Assembly (NCBI GenBank): GCA_963771175.1
Contig: CAVYSY010000022.1
Location: 32,001 to 96,000, forward strand
Reading direction: 5' to 3'
Length of the DNA: 64,000 bases
From: an uncultured delta proteobacterium
GTDB lineage: Bacteria; Myxococcota; Myxococcia; Myxococcales; Myxococcaceae
Shown here: one piece after another, positions 35,912 through 43,836 of the stretch
Layout: every line of letters starts with the position of its first letter
Position numbering within the stretch: position 1 is the first letter of the stretch
Notes under the pieces: generated by a model
Database searches by the model: none
What the model was told of the DNA's origin: nothing
Seen by the model: only the letters and a program-made list of their open reading frames with translations
Position numbers and translations under genes: made by a program

Positions 35912-36113
35912 CTATCCGCCACCGACGAAGGTGACGATCTCCACGCGATCCCTGCGGGGACAGCTGGAACTCGGCGTGGCGCGCACGGCGGACCACCTCC
36001 GCGTTCACCTCCACCGCCACTCCCGGCCCGCCCACCTCCATCGAGGTGAGCAGCGCCGCGAGTGTCATGCCCTCGGGCACTTCTCGTGCCTGTCCGTTGA
36101 TCCAGATCGTCAA
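35912..36113 (-). CDS. thiS: Sulfur carrier protein ThiS (one frameshift)
   Basis: IWINGQ, VAVEVNAEVV and, after a frameshift, DRVEIVTFVGGG-stop; directly upstream of thiG. Confidence 0.9.
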
Positions 36114-36205
36114 GGCTCGATGCTCCTGCTGCTGGGGCTCGACGCACTACAGGTGCGTCCCCCCGCTGTCAACGCACACTCGGCCCGCCACCCCTGGCTA
36201 TACTC

Positions 36206-36595
36206 ATGACCATGTTCACCGTCCGAATCAGGCTCGTGGCTTGCGCCCTGGTGTTGACGCTCGGGCTCCCGGCCTCCGCCGAGACTCCCCGTGCGCTGGA
36301 TGCCCCCGAGCGTGCCCCCTCCGGTCTCCATGGGCACCGGTACGCCTTCGTCGCCGGGGGCCTGCTGGCGCTCGGAGGCGCGGGGTTCGGCTACCTCGCC
36401 CACGGCGAGTCGCAGCGCGCCCGGACCCTCTCCTCGGCGCGCGACTCCAGCGCGGCGTTCGATCGGGCCCGCGCCAGCGCCGCCACCGCCAACGTGCTCT
36501 ACGGGGTGGCGGGGCTGACCCTCGCCTATGGACTCGTCCTGGAGCTCCTCCCGGAGCCCGCCGCCGAGAAGGCCAGCCTCACGTTCCACTTCTGA
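36206..36595 (+). CDS. Hypothetical exported/membrane protein
   Basis: Signal peptide plus two hydrophobic Gly/Ala-rich segments; ends in SLTFHF. Confidence 0.6.
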   Translation: MTMFTVRIRLVACALVLTLGLPASAETPRALDAPERAPSGLHGHRYAFVAGGLLALGGAGFGYLAHGESQRARTLSSARDSSAAFDRARASAATANVLYGVAGLTLAYGLVLELLPEPAAEKASLTFHF

Positions 36596-36641
36596 TGCTC
36601 ATTCTTCGAGCTCCACCAGTTCGAGAAGTGCCTTCGCCCAC

Positions 36642-37154
36642 ATGGACGTTCTTTTGAAATCCCTGGTGCTCGTCTCCGCCCTGGCGGCCTCCGGCTGCCT
36701 CATCTCCGAGAACGCCGGGCCGGGGCACTCCTGCTCGGACGACTCCGAGTGCCCCGAGTCCTACCGCTGCGTCACCATCTCCGAGGGCCAGCGCTCCTGC
36801 GAGGTGACGTACCCGCCACGCCCACTGGATGCCGACGGCGGTACGCCCGATGCCGGGCCGGTGCCCACCTGGTGCCAGGACATCCAGCCCCTCCTCGCCG
36901 CCTCCTGCGTGTCCTCGTGCCACGGCGCGACGACGAGCGGCAGCAAACGGACGGACTTCCGGCTCGACACCTACGCCCAGGCGGGTGGGGTGCTCGGAGC
37001 CCGGGACATGGCCGCCCGCATCAAGGCCCGCGCCGTGGATCAGCAGACGATGCCGCCATCGGGCAACCCCGCTCCCTCCGCGGCCGAGCGCGATCTCCTC
37101 TCCCGTTGGGTGGCGGGCGGTACACCTCTCTGCGCCGACGGTGGTACTCAGTAG
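36642..37154 (+). CDS. Lipoprotein: Cys-rich domain plus mono-heme cytochrome c-like domain (CX3CH)
   Basis: Lipobox LAASGC; CSDDSECPESYRC; DIQPLL..SCVSSCHG...FRLD...MPP...ERDLLSRWV. Confidence 0.72.
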   Translation: MDVLLKSLVLVSALAASGCLISENAGPGHSCSDDSECPESYRCVTISEGQRSCEVTYPPRPLDADGGTPDAGPVPTWCQDIQPLLAASCVSSCHGATTSGSKRTDFRLDTYAQAGGVLGARDMAARIKARAVDQQTMPPSGNPAPSAAERDLLSRWVAGGTPLCADGGTQ

Positions 37155-37160
37155 AACCCC

Positions 37161-37673
37161 ATGAAGCCCCTGCACCTGAGCCTCCTGGGCCTTTGCGCCG
37201 CCGCTGCCACCGGCTGCACCATCGAGGCCCCCGATTTCACCGGCAAGTCGTGCGACACCGCGGCCGACTGCCCCGAGTCCTACACCTGCGTCGCCGCCCG
37301 TCCGGGCGCGGGGCGCACCTGCGAGGTACTCAACGGGCCCGGCGTCTCCAACCCCAGCACCGGGCCGGTGCCCACCTGGTGCAAGGACATCCAACCCATC
37401 CTCGCCGCCACCTGCGTGTCCTCGTGTCACGGCGCGACGACGAGCGGCAGTGGTCGGACGGACTTCCGGCTCGACCTGTACGAGGCCGACGGTAGCGTGG
37501 CGGGGGCGAAGCTGATGGCGCCCCGCATCCACTCGCGCGTCGTCACCTTCCGCACCATGCCGCCCCCGGGGAGCCCAGAGCCCACCGAGGCCGAGCGAGC
37601 GCTCATCGACCGCTGGGCCTCGGGGGGCGCGCCTTTCTGTGAGGAGCGCGCGCCAGTGGACGGGGGCTCCTAG
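37161..37673 (+). CDS. Paralogous lipoprotein: Cys-rich domain plus cytochrome c-like domain (CX3CH)
   Basis: Lipobox AATGC; CDTAADCPESYTC; DIQPIL..TCVSSCHG...FRLD...MPP...ERALIDRWA. Confidence 0.72.
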   Translation: MKPLHLSLLGLCAAAATGCTIEAPDFTGKSCDTAADCPESYTCVAARPGAGRTCEVLNGPGVSNPSTGPVPTWCKDIQPILAATCVSSCHGATTSGSGRTDFRLDLYEADGSVAGAKLMAPRIHSRVVTFRTMPPPGSPEPTEAERALIDRWASGGAPFCEERAPVDGGS

Positions 37674-37823
37674 GCAGGCATCCGGGCGCTCCTCTTTCGG
37701 GTCGGTGCCCCTGTGTCTCTTCTTCTCCCTGACAAGCGCTGTGCATCCGCGATGCGTGCGCTCAGTTTCCTGCCACACGCCGGGGGCTTTTCCCGTCTGG
37801 CTGGGGACTGAAAGGAGAGGGAC

Positions 37824-38384
37824 ATGCGGAAGCTCATGATGGCGGTGATGGCGGTGGCGGGGCTGGGTCTGGTGACGGGCTGCCAGAACAAGAAGGAGGA
37901 GGTCCAGGAGCAGCAGCAGGATGTGGCCGAGGCCCAGCGCGAGGCGGCGCAGACGACCGCGGAGACCCAGCGCGAGGGCGCGGAGGAGCAGGCCGAGGCC
38001 CAGCAGGACGTGCGCGAGGAGGAGCGCGAGCTGGCCGAGGCGCAGCGAGAGCAGCTCAACGACCAGACCAACCGGGGCGAAGACGCCACGGGCGGCAGCG
38101 GCATGGCCACCGGCAAGACCGAGGAGGTGAAGGGCACCATCCAGTCGTCCTCGGGCAACAGCCTCTCGCTGATCGTCCCCGAGAAGAACAACCAGGTCAT
38201 GCGGTTCCAGACGAACGCGCAGGTGCAGGTGACGCGGGATGACAAGCCGGCGGCCCTCACGGACGTGAAGGCTGGCGATGAGGTGCGCGCCTCCTACATG
38301 GTGGACCAGGCCGGCAAGATGGTCCTCAAGAGCATCGAGGTGGAGAAGGAGAGCGCCCAGCACCCAGGCCAGCAGAAGAAGTAA
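37824..38384 (+). CDS. Hypothetical lipoprotein (Glu/Gln-rich coiled coil plus small beta domain)
   Basis: Lipobox LVTGC, acidic helical repeat and C-terminal beta-rich segment; RBS upstream. Confidence 0.72.
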   Translation: MRKLMMAVMAVAGLGLVTGCQNKKEEVQEQQQDVAEAQREAAQTTAETQREGAEEQAEAQQDVREEERELAEAQREQLNDQTNRGEDATGGSGMATGKTEEVKGTIQSSSGNSLSLIVPEKNNQVMRFQTNAQVQVTRDDKPAALTDVKAGDEVRASYMVDQAGKMVLKSIEVEKESAQHPGQQKK

Positions 38385-38404
38385 CCCCCGGGTGAGTGGG
38401 GTGG

Positions 38405-38443
38405 ACGCGGCCTCCGTCCTCGGGCGGGGGCCGTTTCCTTTTC
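38405..38443 (+). terminator. Probable intrinsic terminator
   Basis: GC hairpin cggcctccgtcc-tc-gggcgggggccg followed by tttcctttt. Confidence 0.5.
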
Positions 38444-38482
38444 GGCATTGTGGCCAAGGGTCCGAGGTCCGAGACTGCACCC

Positions 38483-39499
38483 ATGTCACTGACGACGAGC
38501 GACGTGCTCGAGCTCCACCAGCGCTGGTGTATTGCCGACGGACACGCGGACTCGTTGATGTGGAACCGGGACCTCTGCGTTCGCTCCGCGGAGGGACACG
38601 TGGACTTCCCCCGCCTGCGCGAGGTGGGGATGAAGCTCCAGTGCTTCACCATCGTCACCCGCGGCTTCCCCTTCATCGGGGGCTTCGAGGCCTTCGCCGT
38701 CTGGCGCGGCTGGCCCCGCGAGGCCCGCGCCAGCGAGTGGTCGCGCGCCCTGTGGCAGATCGATCAACTGGCGGACTTCTGCCGCCGCTCCGAGGGGCAG
38801 GCGGGCCTCACCACCTCGGGGCGGGCGCTGGAGGAGAACCTCGCCCAGGGGCGGCTGTCGGCGGTGCTCGGCATCGAGGGCGCCCATGCGCTCGAGGGGC
38901 AGGTGGAGCGCGTGGCCGAGCTCCAGCAGCGGGGCGTGCGCTTCATGGGCCTCACCCACCTGTCCAACAACGAGGCGGGGGGCTCCTCCTTCCCGCTGAT
39001 GGGCAACCGGCCCCTGTCGCCGCTGGGCCAGTCGGTGCTGGAGGAGATGGCCCGCGTGGGGATGAGCGTGGACGTGGCCCACGCCTCCGAGCGCACGCTG
39101 GAGGACATCCTGGCCCACCCCACCGCCCGCGTCTTCTCCTCGCACACGGGGGTGCGCGGGGCGGGCGGTGGCTGGCGCAACCTCTCCGACGAGGCGCTGC
39201 GCCGCATCGCCGACCGGGGGGGCGTGGTGGGCATCATCCTCGCCCCCGTCTACCTGGGCGGGGATGCCATCGACGACGTCATCCGGCACATCGAGCACGC
39301 CCTCCAGGTGATGGGGGAGGAGGGGGTGGGCATCGGCTCGGACTACGACGGCATGGTGGCCCTGCCCAAGGGCATCCACGACGTGACGGATCTGCCCAAG
39401 CTCACCGAGGCCCTGCTGCGCCGCCACCCGGAGGCGCTCGTGGAGCGCATCCTTGGCGGCAACTTCCGGCGTTTCTTCCGCGAGACGCTCGGGGAGTGA
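38483..39499 (+). CDS. Membrane dipeptidase (peptidase M19)
   Basis: IADGHAD, HVDFPRL, LGIEGAH, LTH..NN, VDVAHAS, SSHTG, RNLSD and GIGSDYDG. Confidence 0.9.
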   Translation: MSLTTSDVLELHQRWCIADGHADSLMWNRDLCVRSAEGHVDFPRLREVGMKLQCFTIVTRGFPFIGGFEAFAVWRGWPREARASEWSRALWQIDQLADFCRRSEGQAGLTTSGRALEENLAQGRLSAVLGIEGAHALEGQVERVAELQQRGVRFMGLTHLSNNEAGGSSFPLMGNRPLSPLGQSVLEEMARVGMSVDVAHASERTLEDILAHPTARVFSSHTGVRGAGGGWRNLSDEALRRIADRGGVVGIILAPVYLGGDAIDDVIRHIEHALQVMGEEGVGIGSDYDGMVALPKGIHDVTDLPKLTEALLRRHPEALVERILGGNFRRFFRETLGE

Positions 39500-39545
39500 C
39501 TTGGGTTGACCGGGCTCGCGGCGCCTGGAATCGTCGGACGCCGTG

Positions 39546-39923
39546 ATGAACCGCTCCCTCGTCCTGCTCCCCGTGTTGCTCGGCTCCCTCCTGCTCCCCG
39601 CCTGCGGCATCAATGCCGGGGACTCGTGCGAAGGAGGTGGCTACACCTGCGACTCCGAGAAGACTGCCCTCGAGTGTCGCGACAAGAAGTGGCGCACGCT
39701 CCAGTGCAGGGGCCCCTCGGGGTGCTCGGAGGAGGGCCAGACCATCAACTGCGACCTGAACGGCAACCTCGAGGGAGATGGGTGCGCGCAGTCCGCCGAG
39801 GGTCGCGGGCTGTGCACGGCCGATGGCAAGGCCGTCCTCGAGTGCCGGATGGGCCTGCTGGTGCGGGTCAAGGAGTGCAGCGTGTGTTCCATGGACAGCA
39901 CGCGCGTCTCCTGCCTGCCGTGA
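39546..39923 (+). CDS. Small Cys-rich lipoprotein
   Basis: Lipobox LLPAC followed by a repeated Cys pattern (ALECRD..W....CRGP.GC; VLECR). Confidence 0.7.
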   Translation: MNRSLVLLPVLLGSLLLPACGINAGDSCEGGGYTCDSEKTALECRDKKWRTLQCRGPSGCSEEGQTINCDLNGNLEGDGCAQSAEGRGLCTADGKAVLECRMGLLVRVKECSVCSMDSTRVSCLP

Positions 39924-40040
39924 GCCAGCTCGGGTCGCGGCGCGCCCTGTCCGTTCCCAGTGAACTCCGGCCCTGAAAAGACCCGCCACACGGCCCGGGT
40001 GGCCCTATGCTTCCGCCGCCACAGCGAAAGGTGGATGCAC

Positions 40041-40745
40041 ATGCGATTGGGAGTGTTGGCGGCAGTACTGCTCGGCCTCGCCGGGCTGCAGGCACGGGCG
40101 CAGCAGGCGCAGGGACAGGCGCAGCTCAAGACCGAGGAAGACAAGGCGTTCTACGCGCTCGGACTGTCGATCGGGCGGAGCATCAAGGTCTTCGACCTGA
40201 GCCCGGCGGAGATCGAGCTCGTCAGGAAGGGCATGACGGACTCGCTCACCAACGCGAAGCCGGCGGTGGAGCTGGATAAGTACGGGCCCAAGCTGCAGGA
40301 GATCGCCAAGGCCCGGCAGGGGAAGATGGGCCAGAAGTTCCTGGAGGAGGCCGGTAAGGAGAAGGGGGCCGTCAAGCTGCCCTCGGGGGTCGTCTACAAG
40401 GAGCTGAAGGCCGGCACCGGCCCGAGCCCCAAGGCCACCGACACGGTGAAGGTGAACTACCGCGGCACGCTCACCAACGGCGTCGAGTTCGACAGCTCCT
40501 ACAAGCGCGGCGAGCCCATCGAGTTCCCCCTCAACGGAGTCATCCCCTGCTGGACCGAGGGCGTGCAGAAGATGAAGGTGGGCGGCAAGGCCCAGCTCGT
40601 TTGCCCCTCCAAGACGGCCTACGGTGAGTCGGGCTCGCCTCCGACGATTCCTCCCGATGCCACCCTGGTGTTCGAGGTCGAACTGCTCGGCATCGGTGGC
40701 CAGGGCGCGGATGTCCCGCGCGCGCAGCCGGGTCAGAAGAAGTAG
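40041..40745 (+). CDS. FKBP-type peptidyl-prolyl cis-trans isomerase (FkpA/Mip-like)
   Basis: Signal peptide, YALGLSIG, VNYRGTLTNGVEFDSSY, VIPCWTEG and TLVFEVELL. Confidence 0.95.
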   Translation: MRLGVLAAVLLGLAGLQARAQQAQGQAQLKTEEDKAFYALGLSIGRSIKVFDLSPAEIELVRKGMTDSLTNAKPAVELDKYGPKLQEIAKARQGKMGQKFLEEAGKEKGAVKLPSGVVYKELKAGTGPSPKATDTVKVNYRGTLTNGVEFDSSYKRGEPIEFPLNGVIPCWTEGVQKMKVGGKAQLVCPSKTAYGESGSPPTIPPDATLVFEVELLGIGGQGADVPRAQPGQKK

Positions 40746-40817
40746 ACGTTCCAGGTGCGCCGGGGTGGGGGAGGGACGCGCGAACGGGCCCTCACCCCGG
40801 CCCCGAGCGAGGGCTGC

Positions 40818-41604
40818 TCACAGCCCCGACAGGAAGCTGTCGAGCACCGCGTTGAACTTCTCCGGCTGCTCCTGGTTGGGCAGGTGGGCCGCGTCCGGAA
40901 TCACCTCCAGCCGCGCTCCGGTGATGAGGTCCGCCATCTGCTTCGCCTTCTCCAGCGGCGTCACCGGATCCTTCTCGCCCACCACCACCAGCGCGGGCCC
41001 GGCGTAGCGCGCGAGGATGTCCTTGCTGTCCGGCCGTAGCGCCATGCCCCGCTGCGCCGCGGCGATCCCCGCCGGAGTCGCCGTCCGCATCAGCGCCGCC
41101 ACCTCGCGCCCCACCTCCGAGTCCGGCCCCGCCGCCACCACCTTCGGCAGCAGCGCCCGCACCGCGGACTCGGGCCCCTCCCGCCAGCGCCTCCTGGGCC
41201 GAGGCCTCCCGCCGCGCCCGTCCCGCCTCGTCGTCCGCCGTGGCCTGCGTGTCCACCAGCACCAGCCCCCGCACGCGCCCCGCGTCCTCCCGCAGCAGCG
41301 CCATGGTGGCGTACCCGCCCATGGACACCCCGCCCACCACCGCCGACTCCACGTTCAGCGCGTCCAGCAGCGCCAGCGCGTCCCGGGCGATGCGCGACAT
41401 CTCCGTGGCACCCTCCTCGCCCAGCCCGCTCCGACCGAAGCCCCGGATGTCCGGGATGATGAAGCGGTAGCGCCCCGACAGCGCCTTCACCTGCTTCTCG
41501 TAGGCGTCCCCGTTCAGCGGAAACGCGTGGAACAGCAGCACCGGCAGCCCTCGACCCTCGTCGCGGTAGTGCAGGGGAACGCCATCGACGGTGATGGTGA
41601 GCAT
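40818..41604 (-). CDS. Alpha/beta hydrolase (PcaD-like); frameshift near 41175
   Basis: LFHAFPL, PDIRGFGRS, GVSMGG, VGEKDPVTP and AAHLPNQEQP. Confidence 0.88.
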
Positions 41605-41621
41605 GGGCTCCTCCAGGAGTT

Positions 41622-42566
41622 TCAGATCCACTGCTTTCGCCGGAACCAGAACATCAGTGCCACCGGCAGTCCGAATACCGAGAACATCATCAGCCAGAAG
41701 AACTCTCTGCGGCCCAGCAGCTCGAAGTTCTGTCCGAAGAAGCCCGTGATGAAGGACAGGGGCAGGAAGATGGTGGCGAAGATGGTGAGCTGCTTGGTGA
41801 TGTCGTTCGTCCGGTTGGCCATCATGGACAGGTAGCCATCCATCACGTTGCCCAACAGGTCGCGCCCCGAGTCGATCTGCTCGTACAGCCGCACCAGGTG
41901 GTCATACACGTCGCGGAAGTACAGCGCCGTGCGCTCCTGCACGTTGGGGATGCCCCTCCGGGAGAGGAAGCCCAGCACGTCCCGCTGGGGCGACAGCACC
42001 CGCCGCAGCTCCACCAGCGCCCGCTTCATGGCGAAGATGCGCTGCAGGTACTCCGACTTCGGATTCGCGAAGATGGCCGATTCCAGGTCCTCCAACTCAT
42101 CGTTGAAGTGATCGAGGACGGGGAAGTTCCGGTCCACCAGCGCGTCCGCCAGCAGGTACAGCAGGAAGTCCACCCCGCGCCCCATCGTCACCCGCGGCTC
42201 GTCCGGCACCCGCTTCCTCACCGCCTCCAGTCCTTCGAAGGGCAGCTCGTGGACCGAGATGAGCCAGTTCGGCCCCAGGAAGAAGTGGTGCTCGTGCAGT
42301 GTCAGGTCGCACACGTCCTGATCGTTGGACGTGAAACCCTGGAGCACGATGAACTGGTGGTTCGGGTACTCCTCCAGCTTGGGCCGCTGATCCAGGTGCA
42401 GGCTGTCCTCGATGGCCAGCCGGTGCAGTTCGTAGCGCTCCCCGAGCTGCTTCATCTCCTCCTCCGTGGGGTGGAGGACGTCGATCCACTTGGGGCCGGG
42501 CTGGTCGAGCAGCTCCTCGCCACCGGAGAGGAGTTTGTCTTCATTAAGGATCAGAACCTGGATCAT
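41622..42566 (-). CDS. corA: Magnesium/cobalt transporter CorA
   Basis: WIDV..PT, HRLAIED, QRPKLEEY, LYFRDVYDH and LTIFATIFLPLSFITGFFGQNF. Confidence 0.93.
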   Translation of the reverse strand: MIQVLILNEDKLLSGGEELLDQPGPKWIDVLHPTEEEMKQLGERYELHRLAIEDSLHLDQRPKLEEYPNHQFIVLQGFTSNDQDVCDLTLHEHHFFLGPNWLISVHELPFEGLEAVRKRVPDEPRVTMGRGVDFLLYLLADALVDRNFPVLDHFNDELEDLESAIFANPKSEYLQRIFAMKRALVELRRVLSPQRDVLGFLSRRGIPNVQERTALYFRDVYDHLVRLYEQIDSGRDLLGNVMDGYLSMMANRTNDITKQLTIFATIFLPLSFITGFFGQNFELLGRREFFWLMMFSVFGLPVALMFWFRRKQWI

Positions 42567-42668
42567 GCGGGCGCGAGCTTGGATCGCACCCTCCCTGATG
42601 TCGAGCACGCTGCAGCGGACGAGAGAGAGCCGCGACGCGACGTGACGGACCCGCTAGAGTGGGGGGCC

Positions 42669-43835
42669 GTGTCCGACGCTACTCCTCCACTCGCCCTTTC
42701 CCCCAGGCTCGAAGAGCTCCTTCAATCCCTGGCCGATCGCGCTTTCGGCGAGCGCCTGCGACAGGTGTACACCGCCGCGGGACAGGCCACCCTCCGGCTG
42801 AGCGACCTCGATCTGTTGAAGTACGAGAGCGCCAGCGTGGACGACAGCCCGGACCTGTCGCTCTGGGAGGAGATGGCCCCCGTCATCCGCGACACGGTGA
42901 TGGACGTCAACGTGCTCCTCAACGTCATCCGCGAGCAGTTCGTGGTGAAGGCGTCGAGTGTGTCGGGCGGCGCCGGGGCCCCCCTGGCCGCCACCGTGGA
43001 TGCGCGGCGGGCCAAGGACGCGTCCGAGCTCCTCCAGGGGTGGATGCAGCAGCTCGCCCAGGGCGTCACCCAGCTCGGCGAGGTGATGCGCAACCCCGCA
43101 GTCGTGTCGGACCGGTGGATGCTGCTGTCGGAGATCCAGCGGCTGCGCGAGCGCTTCCGCGAGCAGATCGGCAACCTCGTCTTCGAGTCCGCCAGTGCCT
43201 TCGGGCCGGTGACGCGGCAGCAGGTGGTGCCCGGCCACGAGGCGGAGGTGAAGGCGGCGGTGATGGTGCGGGCCATCGTGGCGGACCTGTCGCGCATCAT
43301 CGAGGCGCGGCTGAACAAGGTGCGCGAGGCCGAGCCCGAGGACGTGCAGTGGAACTCGCAGCAGTTCCAGACGGAGTTGGACGCGTTCGGCCGCACCGCC
43401 GCCTACAAGCATCTGCGTGCCCAGGACAAGCGGCAGATCATCGAGGTTCGCGGTCGGGTAGGGCGGCTGGCCATCCAGGACAATCCCAGCAAGCAGGACG
43501 TGCTGGCCGTGGTGGAGGAGCTGCACGCCTTCGTGAGCTCGCTCGCCAAGGAGAACCAGCATCAGGTGCTCATCACCCATGATCGCGAGGTGTGGGCGGG
43601 CTGCGGGGTTCGGTTGGAGCGGGCCCTGGGGCTGCTGGGCTCGGACCCGGTGACGGCGGCGCGGGGCCTGGCCGAGGCGGCCGCCAGCGCCCAGTCCCTC
43701 TACGGTCGCGACGCCCGACTCGATGCCTTCCTACGCAAGGCGCGCAAGCAGCAGCTCACCCAGCTCTCCGGCCCCGAGCTGCGCTCCTCCCTCGAGCTCC
43801 TCCAGTCGCTGCTGGCCGGACTCGACATGATGTGA
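42669..43835 (+). CDS. Hypothetical all-helical protein
   Basis: The 3' part of ORF 41898 (GTG start at 42669) has coding-like GC3 and a natural protein composition. The 5' part of that ORF is antisense to corA. Confidence 0.72.
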   Translation: MSDATPPLALSPRLEELLQSLADRAFGERLRQVYTAAGQATLRLSDLDLLKYESASVDDSPDLSLWEEMAPVIRDTVMDVNVLLNVIREQFVVKASSVSGGAGAPLAATVDARRAKDASELLQGWMQQLAQGVTQLGEVMRNPAVVSDRWMLLSEIQRLRERFREQIGNLVFESASAFGPVTRQQVVPGHEAEVKAAVMVRAIVADLSRIIEARLNKVREAEPEDVQWNSQQFQTELDAFGRTAAYKHLRAQDKRQIIEVRGRVGRLAIQDNPSKQDVLAVVEELHAFVSSLAKENQHQVLITHDREVWAGCGVRLERALGLLGSDPVTAARGLAEAAASAQSLYGRDARLDAFLRKARKQQLTQLSGPELRSSLELLQSLLAGLDMM

Positions 43836-43836
43836 G

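Noticed and set aside
36860..37480. Near-identical DNA stretches as a possible repeat array or CRISPR
   Set aside because: They are the coding sequences of two tandem paralogous cytochrome-like lipoproteins; there is no repeat-spacer periodicity.
37900..38060. Repetitive GAG/CAG-rich sequence
   Set aside because: Encodes the Glu/Gln-rich coiled coil of a lipoprotein; not an independent repeat element.
40760..40815. Partial CCCTCACCCC-type palindromic (REP-like) sequence between convergent genes
   Set aside because: Single degenerate copy in the window; cannot be supported as a repeat family from this sequence alone.
41898..42668. N-terminal part of the 645-aa ORF
   Set aside because: Overlaps corA on the opposite strand; the plausible gene starts at GTG 42669.
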